64,000 nt of DNA from Eledone cirrhosa (taxonomy: Eukaryota): assembly GCA_964016885.1 (NCBI GenBank), contig OZ024741.1, positions 413,788,001-413,852,000 on the forward strand, written 5' to 3'. A program made the translations under genes and the position numbers. Under the pieces are notes generated by a model. It saw nothing but the letters and a program-made list of their open reading frames with translations. It made no database searches and was not told the DNA's origin. Of this stretch, positions 14,450-30,489 are shown piece by piece; positions within the stretch are counted from its first letter, which is position 1, and every line of letters begins with the position of its first letter.

Positions 14450-17400
14450 GACACAACCACTTTACAGTGTGGACTGATGACCTTTGTCATGTCACCGACA
14501 CAACCACTTTACAGTGTGGACTGAGGACCTTTGTCATGTCACTGACACGACCACTTTACAGTGTGGACTGAGGACCTTTGTCATGTCACTGACATGACCA
14601 CTTTACAGTGTGGACTGAGGACCTTTGTCATCACACCGAGATGACCACTTTACAGTGTGGACTGAGGACCTTTGTCATGACACCTACATGACCACTTTAC
14701 AGTATGGACTGATGACCTTTGTCATGTCACGGACACGACCACTTTACAGTGTGGACTGAGGACCTTTGTCATGTCACCTACATGACCACTTTACAGTGGG
14801 GCCTGAGGACCTTTGTCATGTCACCGACACGACCACTTTGCAGTGTGGACTGAGGACCTTTGTCATGTCACTGACACAACCACTTTACAGTGTGGACTGA
14901 TGACCTTTGTCATGTCACCGACACAACCACTTTACAGTATGGACTGATGACCTTTGTCATGTCACGGACACGACCACTTTACAGTGTGGACTGAGGACCT
15001 TTGTCATGTCACCTACATGACCACTTTACAGTGGGGCCTGAGGGCCTTTGTCATGTCACCGACACGACCACTTTGCAGTGGGGCCTGAGGACCTTTGTCA
15101 TGTCACCTACATGACCACTTTACAGTTGGACTGAGGACCTTTGTCATTTCACCGACATGGCCACTTTACAGTGTGGACTGAGGACCTTTGTCATGTCACC
15201 TACATGACCACTTTACAGTGTGGACTGAGGACCTTTGTCATGTCACCTACATGACCACTTTACAGTTGGACTGAGGACCTTTGTCATGTCACCGACATGA
15301 CCACTTTACAGTGTGGACTGAGGATCTTTGTCATGTCACCTACACGACCACTTTATAGTGTGGACTGAGGACCTTTGTCATGTCACCGACACAACCACTT
15401 TACAGTGTGGACTGAGGACCTTTGTCATGTTAACGACACGACCACTTTACAGTGTGGACTGAGGACCTTTGTCATGTTAGCGACACGACCACTTTACAGT
15501 GTGGACTGAGGACCTTTGTCATGTCACCTACACGACCACTTTACAGTGTGGACTGAAGTCCTTTGTCATGACCCCGACATGACCACTTTACAGTGTGGAC
15601 TGAGGACCTTTGTCATGTCACCGACACAACCACTTTACAGTGTGGACTGAGGACCTTTGTCATGTTAGCGACACAACCACTTTACAGTGTGGACTGAGGA
15701 CCTTTGTCATGTCACCTACATGACCACTTTACAGTGTGGACTGAGGACCTTTGTCATGTCACCTACATGACCACTTTACAGTGTGGACTGAGGACCTTTA
15801 TCATGTCCCCGACATGACCACTTTACAGTGTGGACTGAGGACCTTTGTCATGTCACCAACTTGACCACTTTACAGTGTGGACTGAGGACCTTTGTCATGT
15901 CAGAGACACGACCACTTTAAAGTGTGGACTGAGGACCTTTGTCATGTCACCGACATGACCACTTTACAGTGTGGACTGAGGACCTTTGTCATGTCACCGA
16001 CATGACCACTTTACAGTGTGAACTGAGGACCTTTGTCATGTCACCGACATGACCACTTTACAGTGTGGACTGAGGACCTTTGCCATGTCACCTACACGAC
16101 CACTTTACAGTGTGGACTGAGGATCTTTGTCATGTCACTGACACGTCCACGTTACAGTGTGGACTGAGGACCTTTGTCATGTCACCTACACGCCCAATTT
16201 ACAGTGTGGACTGAGGACCTTTGTCATGTCACCGACATGACCACTCTACAGTGTGGACTGAGGACCTTTGTCATGTCACCTACATGACCACTTTGCAGTG
16301 TGGACTGACGACATTTGTCATGTCACCGATACAACCACTTTGCAGTGTGGACTGAGGACCTTTGTCATGTCACCAACATGACCACTTTACAGTGTGGACT
16401 GATGACCTTTGTCATGTCACTGACACGACCACTTTACAGTGTGGACTGAGGACCTTTGTCATGTCACCTACATGACCACTTTACAGTGTGGACTGAGGAC
16501 CTTTGTCATGTCACCGACACGACCACTTTACAGTGTGGACTGAGGACGTTTGTCATGTCACCTACATGACCACTTTACATTGTGGACTGAGGATCTTTGT
16601 CATGTCACCGACACGACCACTTTACAGTGTCGACTGAGGACCTTTGTCATGTCACCAACTTGACCACATTACAGTGTGGACTGAGGACCTTTGTCATGTC
16701 ACAAACACGACCACTTTACAGTGTGGACTGAGGACCTTTGTCATGTCTCCTACCTGACCACTATACAGTTGGACTGAGGACCTTTGTCATGTCACCTACA
16801 TGACCACTTTACAGTGTGGACTGAGGACCTTTGTCATGTCACCTACATGCCCAATTTACAGTGTGGACTGAGGACATTTGTCATGTCACTGACATGACCA
16901 CTCTACAGTGTGGACTAGGGACCTTTGTCATGTCACCTACATGACCACTTTACAGTGTGGACTGACGACCTTTGTCATGTCACCGACACAACCACTTTGC
17001 AGTGTGGACTGAGGACCTTTGTCATGTCACTGACATGTCCACTTTACAGTGTGGACTGAGGACCTTTGTCATGTCACCTACATCCCCAATTTACAGTGTG
17101 GACTGAGGACATTTGTCATGTCACGGACATGACCACTCTACAGTGTGGACTGAGGACCTTTGTCATGTCACCTACATGACCACTTTACAGTGTGGACTGA
17201 CGACCTTTGTCATGTCACCGACACGACCACTTTACAGTGTCGACTGAGGACCTTTGTCATGTCACCAAATTGACCACTTTACAGTGTGGACTGAGGACCT
17301 TTGTCATGTCACAAAGACGACCACTTTACAGTGTGGACTGAGGACCTTTGTCATGTCTCCTACCTGACCACTATATAGTTGGACTGAGGAGCTTTGTCAT

Positions 17401-20400
17401 GTCACCTACATGACCACTTTACAGTGGGGCCTGAGGACCTTTGTCATGTCACGGACATGACCACTTTACAGTGTGGTCTGAGAACTTTTGTCATGTCACT
17501 GACATGACCACTTTACAGTGTGGAATTAGGACCTTTGTCATGTCACCGACATGACCACTTTACAGTGTGGACTGAGGACCTTTGTCATGTCACCTACATG
17601 ACCACTTTACAGTGTGGACTGAAGACCTTTGTCATGACCCCGACATGACCGCTTTACAGTGTGGACTGAGTGCCTTTGTCATGTCACTGACACGACCACT
17701 TTACAGTTTGGACTGAGGACCTTTGTCATGTCACAGACATGACCACTTTACAGTGTGGACTGAGGACCTTTGTCATGTCACTGACACAACCACTTTACAG
17801 TGTGGACTGATGACCTTTGTCATGTCACCGACACAACCACTTTACAGTGTGGACTGAGGACCTTTGTCATGTCACTGACACGACCACTTTACAGTGTGGA
17901 CTGAGGACCTTTGTCATGTCACTGACATGACCACTTTACAGTGTGGACTGAGGACCTTTGTCATGACACCGAGATGACCACTTTACAGTGTGGACTGAGG
18001 ACCTTTGTCATGACACCTACATGACCACTTTACAGTATGGACTGATGACCTTTGTCATGTCACGGACACGACCACTTTACAGTGTGGACTGAGGACCTTT
18101 GTCATGTCACCTACATGACCACTTTACAGTGGGGCCTGAGGACCTTTGTCATGTCACCGACACGACCACTTTACAGTGTGGACTGAGGACCTTTGTCATG
18201 TCACCTACATGACCACTTTACAGTTGGACTGAGGACCTTTGTCATTTCACCGACATGGCCACTTTACAGTGTGGACTGAGGACCTTTGTCATGTCACCTA
18301 CATGACCACTTTACAGTGTGGACTGAGGACCTTTGTCATGTCACCTACATGACCACTTTACAGTTGGACTGAGGACCTTTGTCATGTCGCCGACATGACC
18401 ACTTTACAGTGTGGACTGAGGATCTTTGTCATGTCACCTACACGACCACTTTATAGTGTGGACTGAGGACCTTTGTCATGTCACCGACACAACCACTTTA
18501 CAGTGTGGACTGAGGACCTTTGTCATGTTAACGACACGACCACTTTACAGTGTGGACTGAGGACCTTTGTCATGTTAGCGACACGACCACTTTACAGTGT
18601 GGACTGAGGACCTTTGTCATGTCACCTACACGACCACTTTACAGTGTGGACTGAAGTCCTTTGTCATGACCCCGACATGACCACTTTACAGTGTGGACTG
18701 AGGACCTTTGTCATGTCACCGACACAACCACTTTACAGTGTGGACTGAGGACCTTTGTCATGTTAGCGACACGACCCCTTTACAGTGTGGACTGAGGACC
18801 TTTGTCATGTCACCTACATGACCACTTTACAGTGTGGACTGAGGACCTTTGTCATGTCACCTACATGACCACTTTACAGTGTGGACTGAGGACCTTTATC
18901 ATGTCCCCGACATGACCACTTTACAGTGTGGACTGAGGACCTTTGTCATGTCACCAACTTGACCACTTTACAGTGTGGACTGAGGACCTTTGTCATGTCA
19001 GAGACACGACCACTTTAAAGTGTGGACTGAGGACCTTTGTCATGTCACCGACATGACCACTTTACAGTGTGGACTGAGGACCTTTGTCATGTCACCGACA
19101 TGACCACTTTACAGTGTGAACTGAGGACCTTTGTCATGTCACCGACATGACCACTTTACAGTGTGGACTGAGGACCTTTGCCATGTCACCTACACGACCA
19201 CTTTACAGTGTGGACTGAGGATCTTTGTCATGTCACTGACACGTCCACGTTACAGTGTGGACTGAGGACCTTTGTCATGTCACCGACATGACCACTCTAC
19301 AGTGTGGACTGAGGACCTTTGTCATGTCACCTACATGACCACTTTGCAGTGTGGACTGACGACATTTGTCATGTCACCGATACAACCACTTTGCAGTGTG
19401 GACTGAGGACCTTTGTCATGTCACCGACATGTCCACTTTACAGTGTGGACTGAGGACCTTTGTCATGTCACCAATATGACCACTTTACAGTGTGGACTGA
19501 TGACCTTTGTCATGTCACTGACACGACCACTTTACAGTGTGGACTGAGGACTTTGTCATGCCACCTACATGACCACTTTACAGTGTGGACTGAGGACCTT
19601 TGTCATGTCACCGACACGACCACTTTACAGTGTGGACTGAGGACGTTTGTCATGTCACCTACATGACCACTTTACATTGTGGACTGAGGATCTTTGTCAT
19701 GTCACCGACACGACCACTTTACAGTGTCGACTGAGGACCTTTGTCATGTCACCAACTTGACCACTTTACAGTGTGGACTGAGGACCTTTGTCATGTCACA
19801 AACACGACCACTTTACAGTGTGGACTGAGGACCTTTGTCATGTCTCCTACCTGACCACTATACAGTTGGACTGAGGACCTTTGTCATGTCACCTACATGA
19901 CCACTTTACAGTGTGGACTGAGGACCTTTGTCATGTCACCTACATACCCAATTTACAGTGTGGACTGAGGACATTTGTCATGTCACTGACATGACCACTC
20001 TACAGTGTGGACTAGGGACCTTTGTCATGTCACCTACATGACCACTTTACAGTGTGGACTGACGACCTTTGTCATGTCACCGACACAACCACTTTGCAGT
20101 GTGGACTGAGGACCTTTGTCATGTCACTGACATGTCCACTTTACAGTGTGGACTGAGGACCTTTGTCATGTCACCTACACGCCCAATTTACAGTGTGGAC
20201 TGAGGACATTTGTCATGTCACGGACATGACCACTCTACAGTGTGGACTGAGGACCTTTGTCATGTCACCTACATGACCACTTTACAGTGTGGACTGACGA
20301 CCTTTGTCATGTCACCGACACGACCACTTTACAGTGTCGACTGAGGACCTTTGTCATGTCACCAAATTGACCACTTTACAGTGTGGACTGAGGACCTTTG

Positions 20401-23400
20401 TCATGTCACCTACATGACCACTTTACAGTGGGGCCTGAGGACCTTTGTCATGTCACGGACATGACCACTTTACAGTGTGGTCTGAGAACTTTTGTCATGT
20501 CACTGACATGACCATTTTACAGTGTGGACTGAGGACCTTTATCACGTCCCCAACATGACCACTTTACAGTGTGGGCTGAGCACCTTTGTCATGTCACCAG
20601 CATTACCACTTTACAGTGTGGACTGATGACCTTTGTCATGTCACCGACACAACCACTTTACAGTGTGGACTGAGGACCTTTGTCATGTCACCGACATGAC
20701 CACTTTACAGTGTGGGCTGAGGACCTTTGTCATGTCACCAGCATGACCACTTTACAGTGTGGACTGAGGACCTTTGTCATGTCACTGACACGACCACTTT
20801 ACAGTGTGGACTGAGGACCTTTGTCATGTCACCGACATGACCACTTTACAGTTTGGACTGAGGACCTTTGTCATGTCACAGACATGACCACTTTACAGTG
20901 TGGACTGAGGACCTTTGTCATGTCACTGACACAACCACTTTACAGTGTGGACTGAGGACCTTTGTCATGTCACCGACATGACCACTTTACAGTGTGGACT
21001 GAAGACCTTTGTAATGTCACCAACTTGATCACTTTACAGTGTGGACTGAGGACCTTTGTAATGTCACCAACTTGACCAATATACAGTATGGACTGAGGAC
21101 CTTTGTCATGTCACCTACATGACCACTTTACAGTGTGGACTGAGGACCTTTGTCATGTCACCTACATGACCACTTTACAGTGTGGACTGAGGACATTTGT
21201 CATGTCACCTACATGACCACTTTACAGTGTGGACTGAGGACATTTGTCATGTCACGGACACGACCACTTTACAGTGTGGGCTGAGGACCTTTGTCATGTC
21301 ACCAGCATGACCACTTTACAGTGTTGACTGAGGACCTTTGTCATGTCACCTGCATGACAACTTTACAGTGTGTCCTGAGGACCTTTATCACGTCCCCAAC
21401 ATGACCACTTTACAGTGTGGACAGAGGACCTTTGTCATGTCACTGACATGACCACTTTACAGTGTGGACTGAGGACCTTTGTCATGTCACTGACACGACC
21501 ACTTTACAGTGTGGACTGAGGACCTTTGCCATGTCACCTACATGTCCACTTTACAGTGTGGACTGAGGACCTATGTCATGTCACCGACACAACCACTTTA
21601 CAGTGTGGACTGAGTGTCATTGTCATGTCACCGACACGACCACTTTACAGTGTGGACTGAGGACCTTTGTCATGTCACCAACTTGACCACTTTACAGTTT
21701 GGACTGAGGACCTTTGTCATGTCACCGACACAACCACTTTACAGTGTGGACTGATGACCTTTGTCATGTCACCGACACAACCACTTTACAGTGTGAACTG
21801 AGGACCTTTGTCATGTCACCGACACGACCACTTTACAGTGTGGACTGAGGACCTTTGTCTTGTCACCGACATGACCACTTTACAGTGTGGACTGAAGACC
21901 TTTGTAATGTCACCAACTTGATCACTTTACAGTGTGGACTGAGGACCTTTGTAATGTCACCAACTTGACCACTTTACAGTGTGGACTGAAGACCTTTGTA
22001 ATGTCACCAACTTGACCACTTTACAGTGTGGACTGAGGACCTTTGTCATGTCACTGACACGACCACTTTACAGTGTGGACTGAGGACCTTTGTCATGTCA
22101 CGGACATGACCACTTTAAACTGTGGACTGAGGACCTTTGCCATGTCACTGACACGACCACTTTACAGTGTGGACTGAGGACCTTTGTCATGTTAGCGACA
22201 CGACCACTTTACAGTGTGGACTGAGGACCTTTGTCATGTCACCTACACGACCACTTTACAGTGTGGACTGAAGTCCTTTGTCATGACCCCGACATGACCA
22301 CTTTACAGTGTGGACTGAGGACCTTTGTCATGTCACCGACACAACCACTTTACAGTGTGGACTGAGGACCTTTGTCATGTTAGCGACACGACCACTTTAC
22401 AGTGTGGACTGAGGACCTTTGTCATGTCACCTACATGACCACTTTACAGTGTGGACTGAGGACCTTTGTCATGTCACCTACATGACCACTTTACAGTGTG
22501 GACTGAGGACCTTTATCATGTCCCCGACATGACCACTTTACAGTGTGGACTGAGGACCTTTGTCATGTCACCAACTTGACCACTTTACAGTGTGGACTGA
22601 GGACCTTTGTCATGTCAGAGACACGACCACTTTAAAGTGTGGACTGAGGACCTTTGTCATGTCACCGATATGACCACTTTACAGTGTGGACTGAGGACAT
22701 TTGTCATGTCACCGACATGACCACTTTACAGTGTGAACTGAGGACCTTTGTCATGTCACCGACATGACCACTTTACAGTGTGGACTGAGGACCTTTGCCA
22801 TGTCACCTACACGACCACTTTACAGTGTGGACTGAGGATCTTTGTCATGTCACTGACACGTCCAGGTTACAGTGTGGACTGAGGACTTTTGTCATGTCAC
22901 CTACACGCCCAATTTACAGTGTGGACTGAGGACCTTTGTCATGTCACCGACATGACCACTCTACAGTGTGGACTGAGGACCTTTGTCATGTCACCTACAT
23001 GACCACTTTGCAGTGTGGACTGACGACATTTGTCATGTCACCGATACAACCACTTTGCAGTGTGGACTGAGGACCTTTGTCATGTCACCGACATGTCCAC
23101 TTTACAGTGTGGACTGAGGACCTTTGTCATGTCACCAACATGACCACTTTACAGTGTGGACTGATGACCTTTGTCATGTCACTGACACGACCACTTTACA
23201 GTGTGGACTGAGGACTTTGTCATGCCACCTACATGACCACTTTACAGTGTGGACTGAGGACCTTTGTCATGTCACCGACACGACCACTTTACAGTGTGGA
23301 CTGAGGACGTTTGTCATGTCACCTACATGACCACTTTACATTGTGGACTGAGGATCTTTGTCATGTCACCGACACGACCACTTTACAGTGTCGACTGAGG

Positions 23401-24300
23401 ACCTTTGTCATGTCACCAACTTGACCACTTTACAGTGTGGACTGAGGACCTTTGTCATGTCACAAACACGACCACTTTACAGTGTGGACTGAGGACCTTT
23501 GTCATGTCTCCTACCTGACCACTATACAGTTGGACTGAGGACCTTTGTCATGTCACCTACATGACCACTTTACAGTGTGGACTGAGGACCTTTGTCATGT
23601 CACCTACATACCCAATTTACAGTGTGGACTGAGGACATTTGTCATGTCACTGACATGACCACTCTACAGTGTGGACTAGGGACCTTTGTCATGTCACCTA
23701 CATGACCACTTTACAGTGTGGACTGACAACCTTTGTCATGTCACCGACACAACCACTTTGCAGTGTGGACTGAGGACCTTTGTCATGTCACTGACATGTC
23801 CACTTTACAGTGTGGACTGAGGACCTTTGTCATGTCACCTACACGCCCAATTTACAGTGTGGACTGAGGACATTTGTCATGTCACTGACATGACCACTCT
23901 ACAGTGTGGACTGAGGACCTTTGTCATGTCACCTACATGACCACTTTACAGTGTGGACTGACGACCTTTGTCATGTCACCGACACGACCACTTTACAGTG
24001 TCGACTGAGGACCTTTGTCATGTCACCAAATTGACCACTTTACAGTGTGGACTGAGGACCTTTGTCATGTCACCTACATGACCACTTTACAGTGGGGCCT
24101 GAGGACCTTTGTCATGTCACGGACATGACCACTTTACAGTGTGGTCTGAGAACTTTTGTCATGTCACTGACATGACCATTTTACAGTGTGGACTGAGGAC
24201 CTTTATCACGTCCCCAACATGACCACTTTACAGTGTGGGCTGAGGACCTTTGTCATGTCACCAACATTACCACTTTACAGTGTGGACTGATGACCTTTGT
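14450..24300 (+). repeat. ~3.1-3.7 kb higher-order block, three related copies
   Basis: The ACTAGGGACC variant is at ~16916, 20013 and 23677. CAGAGACACG is at 15901, 18999 and 22616. Paired ORFs at 19460 and 23124 are 3664 bp apart. Boundaries approximate. Confidence 0.87.
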
Positions 24301-24759
24301 CATGTCACCGACACAACCACTTTACAGTGTGGACTGAGGACCTTTGTCATGTCACCTACATCACCACTTTACAGTGTGGACTGAGGACCTTTATCACGTC
24401 CCCAACATGACCACTTTACAGTGTGGGCTGAGGACCTTTGTCATGTCACCAGCATGACCACTTTACAGTGTGGACTGAGGACCTTTGTCATGTCACTGAC
24501 ACGACCACTTTACAGTGTGGACTGAGGACCTTTGTCATGTCACCGACATGACCACTTTACAGTTTGGACTGAGGACCTTTGTCATGTCACAGACATGACC
24601 ACTTTACAGTGTGGACTGAGGACCTTTGTCATGTCACTGACACAACCACTTTACAGTGTGGACTGAGGACCTTTGTCATGTCACCGACATGACCACTTTA
24701 CAGTGTGGACTGAAGACCTTTGTAATGTCACCAACTTGATCACTTTACAGTGTGGACTG

Positions 24760-27700
24760 AGGACCTTTGTAATGTCACCAACTTGACCAATATACAGTGT
24801 GGACTGAGGACCTTTGTCATGTCACCTACATGACCACTTTACAGTGTGGACTGAGGACCTTTGTCATGTCACCTACATGACCACTTTACAGTGTGGACTG
24901 AGGACATTTGTCATGTCACAGACACGACCACTTTACAGTGTGGGCTGAGGACCTTTGTCATGTCACCAGCATGACCACTTTACAGTGTTGACTGAGGACC
25001 TTTGTCATGTCACCGACACGACCACTTTACAGTGTGGACTGAGGACGTTTGTCATGTCACCTACATGACCACTTTACATTGTGGACTGAGGACCTTTGTC
25101 ATGTCACCTACATGACCACTTTACAGTGTGGACTGAGGACCTTTGTCATGTCACCGACACGACCACTTTACAGTGTGGACTGAGGACCTTTGTCATGTCA
25201 CCTACATGACCACTTTACAGTGTGGACTGAGGACCTTTGTCATGTCACCTGCATGACCACTTTACAGTGTGTCCTGAGGACCTTTATCACGTCCCCAACA
25301 TGACCACTTTACAGTGTGGACAGAGGACCTTTGTCATGTCACTGACATGACCACTTTACAGTGTGGACTGAGGACCTTTGTCATGTCACTGACACGACCA
25401 CTTTACAGTGTGGACTGAGGACCTTTGCCATGTCACCTACATGTCCACTTTACAGTGTGGACTGAGGACCTATGTCATGTCACCGACACAACCACTTTAC
25501 AGTGTGGACTGAGTGTCTTTGTCATGTCACCGACACGACCACTTTACAGTGTGGACTGAGGACCTTTGTCATGTCACCAACTTGACCACTTTACAGTTTG
25601 GACTGAGGACCTTTGTCATGTCACCGACACAACCACTTTACAGTGTGGACTGATGACCTTTGTCATGTCACCGACACAACCACTTTACAGTGTGAACTGA
25701 GGACCTTTGTCATGTCACCGACACGACCACTTTACAGTGTGGACTGAGGACCTTTGTCATGTCACCGACATGACCACTTTACAGTGTGGACTGAAGACCT
25801 TTGTAATGTCACCAACTTGATCACTTTACAGTGTGGACTGAGGACCTTTGTAATGTCACCAACTTGACCACTTTACAGTGTGGACTGAAGACCTTTGTAA
25901 TGTCACCAACTTGACCACTTTACAGTGTGGACTGAGGACCTTTGTCATGTCATTGACACGACCACTTTACAGTGTGGACTGAGGACCTTTGTCATGTCAC
26001 GGACATGACCACTTTAAACTGTGGACTGAGGACCTTTGCCATGTCACTGACACGACCACTTTACAGTGTGGACTGAGGACCTTTGTCATGTCACCGACAC
26101 GACCACTTTACAGTGTGGACTGAGGACCTTTGTCATGGCACCGACACAACCACTTTACAGTGTGGACTGAGGACCTTTGTCATGTCACCGACACGACCAC
26201 TTTACAGTGTGGACTGAGGACCTTTGTCTTGTCAACTACATGACCACTTTACAGTGTGGACTGAGGCTCTTTGTCATGTCACCTACATGACCACTTTACA
26301 GTGTGGGCTGATGACCTTTGTCATGTCACCGACATGACCACTTTACAGTGTGGACTGAGGACTTTTGTCATGTCACCGAAACGACCACTTTACAGTGTGG
26401 ACTGAGGACTTTTGTCATGTCTCCGACACGACCACTTTACAGTGTGGACTGAGGACTTTTGTCATGTCACCAACCTGACCACTTTACAGTGTGGACTGAG
26501 GACCTTTGTCATGTCACTGACACGACCACTTTACAGTGTGGACTGAGGACCTTTGCCATGTCACCTACATGTCCACTTTACAGTGTGGACTGAGGACCTA
26601 TGTCATGTCACCGACACAACCACTTTACAGTGTGGACTGAGGACGTTTGTCATGTCACCTACATGACCACTTTACATTGTGGACTGAGGACCTTTGTCAT
26701 GTCACCTACATGACCACTTTACAGTGTGGACTGAGGACCTTTGTCATGTCACCGACACGACCACTTTACAGTGTGGACTGAGGACCTTTGTCATGTCACC
26801 TACATGACCACTTTACAGTGTGGACTGAGGACCTTTGTAATGTCACCAACTTGACCAATATACAGTGTGGACTGAGGACCTTTGTCATGTCACCTACATG
26901 ACCACTTTACAGTGTGGACTGAGGACCTTTGTCATGTCACCTACATGACCACTTTACAGTGTGGACTGAGGACATTTGTCATGTCACAGACACGACCACT
27001 TTACAGTGTGGGCTGAGGACCTTTGTCATGTCACCAGCATGACCACTTTACAGTGTTGACTGAGGACCTTTGTCATGTCACCGACACGACCACTTTACAG
27101 TGTGGACTGAGGACGTTTGTCATGTCACCTACATGACCACTTTACATTGTGGACTGAGGACCTTTGTCATGTCACCTACATGACCACTTTACAGTGTGGA
27201 CTGAGGACCTTTGTCATGTCACCGACACGACCACTTTACAGTGTGGACTGAGGACCTTTGTCATGTCACCTACATGACCACTTTACAGTGTGGACTGAGG
27301 ACCTTTGTCATGTCACCTGCATGACCACTTTACAGTGTGTCCTGAGGACCTTTATCACGTCCCCAACATGACCACTTTACAGTGTGGACAGAGGACCTTT
27401 GTTATGTCACTGACATGACCACTTTACAGTGTGGACTGAGGACCTTTGTCATGTCACTGACACGACCACTTTACAGTGTGGACTGAGGACCTTTGCCATG
27501 TCACCTACATGTCCACTTTACAGTGTGGACTGAGGACCTATGTCATGTCACCGACACAACCACTTTACAGTGTGGACTGAGTGTCTTTGTCATGTCACCG
27601 ACACGACCACTTTACAGTGTGGACTGAGGACCTTTGTCATGTCACCAACTTGACCACTTTACAGTTTGGACTGAGGACCTTTGTCATGTCACCGACACAA

Positions 27701-30480
27701 CCACTTTACAGTGTGGACTGATGACCTTTGTCATGTCACCGACACAACCACTTTACAGTGTGAACTGAGGACCTTTGTCATGTCACCGACACGACCACTT
27801 TGCAGTGTGGACTGAGGACCTTTGTCATGTCACCGACATGACCACTTTACAGTGTGGACTGAAGACCTTTGTAATGTCACCAACTTGATCACTTTACAGT
27901 GTGGACTGAGGACCTTTGTAATGTCACCAACTTGACCACTTTACAGTGTGGACTGAAGACCTTTGTAATGTCACCAACTTGACCACTTTACAGTGTGGAC
28001 TGAGGACCTTTGTCATGTCATTGACACGACCACTTTACAGTGTGGACTGAGGACCTTTGTCATGTCACGGACATGACCACTTTAAACTGTGGACTGAGGA
28101 CCTTTGCCATGTCACTGACACGACCACTTTACAGTGTGGACTGAGGACCTTTGTCATGTCACCGACACGACCACTTTACAGTGTGGACTGAGGACCTTTG
28201 TCATGGCACCGACACAACCACTTTACAGTGTGGACTGAGGACCTTTGTCATGTCACCGACACGACCACTTTACAGTGTGGACTGAGGACCTTTGTCATGT
28301 CAACTACATGACCACTTTACAGTGTGGACTGAGGCTCTTTGTCATGTCACCTACATGACCACTTTACAGTGTGGGCTGATGACCTTTGTCATGTCACCGA
28401 CATGACCACTTTACAGTGTGGACTGAGGACTTTTGTCATGTCACCGAAACGACCACTTTACAGTGTGGACTGAGGACTTTTGTCATGTCTCCGACACGAC
28501 CACTTTACAGTGTGGACTGAGGACTTTTGTCATGTCACCAACCTGACCACTTTACAGTGTGGACTGAGGACCTTTGTCATGTCACTGACACGACCACTTT
28601 ACAGTGTGGACTGAGGACCTTTGCCATGTCACCTACATGTCCACTTTACAGTGTGGACTGAGGACCTATGTCATGTCACCGACACAACCACTTTACAGTG
28701 TGGACTGAGTGTCTTTGTCATGTCACCGACACGACCACTTTACAGTGTGGAGTGAGGACCTTTGTCATGTCACCAACTTGACCACTTTACAGTTTGGACT
28801 GAGGACCTTTGTCATGTCACCGACACAACCACTTTACAGTGTTGACTGATGACCTTTGTCATGTCACCGACACAACCACTTTACAGTGTGAACTGAGGAC
28901 CTTTGTCATGTCACCGACACGACCACTTTACAGTGTGGACTGAGGACCTTTGTCATGTCACCGACATGACCACTTTACAGTGTGGACTGAAGACCTTTGT
29001 AATGTCACCAACTTGATCACTTTACAGTGTGGACTGAGGACCTTTGTAATGTCACCAACTTGACCACTTTACAGTGTGGACTGAAGACCTTTGTAATGTC
29101 ACCAACTTGACCACTTTACAGTGTGGACTGAGGACCTTTGTCATGTCACGGACATGACCACTTTAAACTGTGGACTGAGGACCTTTGCCATGTCACTGAC
29201 ACGACCACTTTACAGTGTGGACTGAGGACCTTTGTCATGTCACGGACATGACCACTTTAAACTGTGGACTGAGGACCTTTGCCATGTCACTGACACGACC
29301 ACTTTACAGTGTGGACTGAGGACCTTTGTCATGTCACCGATACGACCACTTTACAGTGTGGACTGAGGACCTTTGTCATGGCACCGACACAACCACTTTA
29401 CAGTGTGGACTGAGGACCTTTGTCATGTCACCGACACGACCACTTTACAGTGTGGACTGAGGACCTTTGTCATGTCAACTACATGACCACTTTACAGTGT
29501 GGACTGAGGCTCTTTGTCATGTCACCTACATGACCACTTTACAGTGTGGGCTGATGACCTTTGTCATGTCACCGACATGACCACTTTACAGTGTGGACTG
29601 AGGACTTTTGTCATGTCACCGAAACGACCACTTTGCAGTGTGGACTGAGGACTTTTGTCATGTCACCGACACGACCACTTTACAGTGTGGACTGAGGACT
29701 TTTGTCATGTCACCAACCTGACCACTTTACAGTGTGGACTGAGGACCTTTGTCATGTCACCAACTTGACCAATTTACAGTGTGGACTGAGGACTTTTGTC
29801 ATGTCACCAACTTGACCACTTTACAGTGTGGACTGAGGACCTTTGTCATGTCACCGACACGACCACTTTACAGTGTGGACTGAGAACCTTTGTCATGTCA
29901 CTGACACGACCACTTTAAACTGTGGACTGAGGACCTTTGCCATGTCACTGACAAGACCACTTTACAGTGTGGACTGAGGACCTTTGTCATGTCACCGACA
30001 CAACCACTTTACAGTGTGGACTGAGGACCTTTGTCATGTCACCAACACGACCACTTTACAGTGTGGACTGAGGACCTTTATCACGTCCCCAACATGACCA
30101 CTTTACAGTGTGGGCTGAGGACCTTTGTCATGTCACCAGCATGACCACTTTACAGTGTGGACTGAGGACCTTTGTCATGTCACTGACACGACCACTTTAC
30201 AGTGTGGACTGAGGACCTTTGTCATGTCACCGACATGACCACTTTACAGTTTGGACTGAGGACCTTTGTCATGTCACGGACATGACCACTTTACAGTGTG
30301 GACTGAGGACCTTTGTCATGTCACTGACACAACCATTTTACAGTGTGGACTGACGACCTTTGTCATGTCACCGACATGACCACTTTACAGTGTGGACTGA
30401 AGACCTTTGTAATGTCACCAACTTGATCACTTTACAGTGTGGACTGAGGACCTTTGTAATGTCACCAACTTGACCACTTT
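24760..30480 (+). repeat. 2068-bp (44-monomer) duplication followed by shorter partial re-duplications
   Basis: The GGACAGAGG variant is at ~25320 and 27388 (2068=44x47). GAGGCTCTTT, CCGAAACGAC and ATGGCACC variants repeat in the same order at ~26.1-26.4, 28.2-28.5 and 29.4-29.6 kb. Confidence 0.82.
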
Positions 30481-30489
30481 ACAGTGTGG

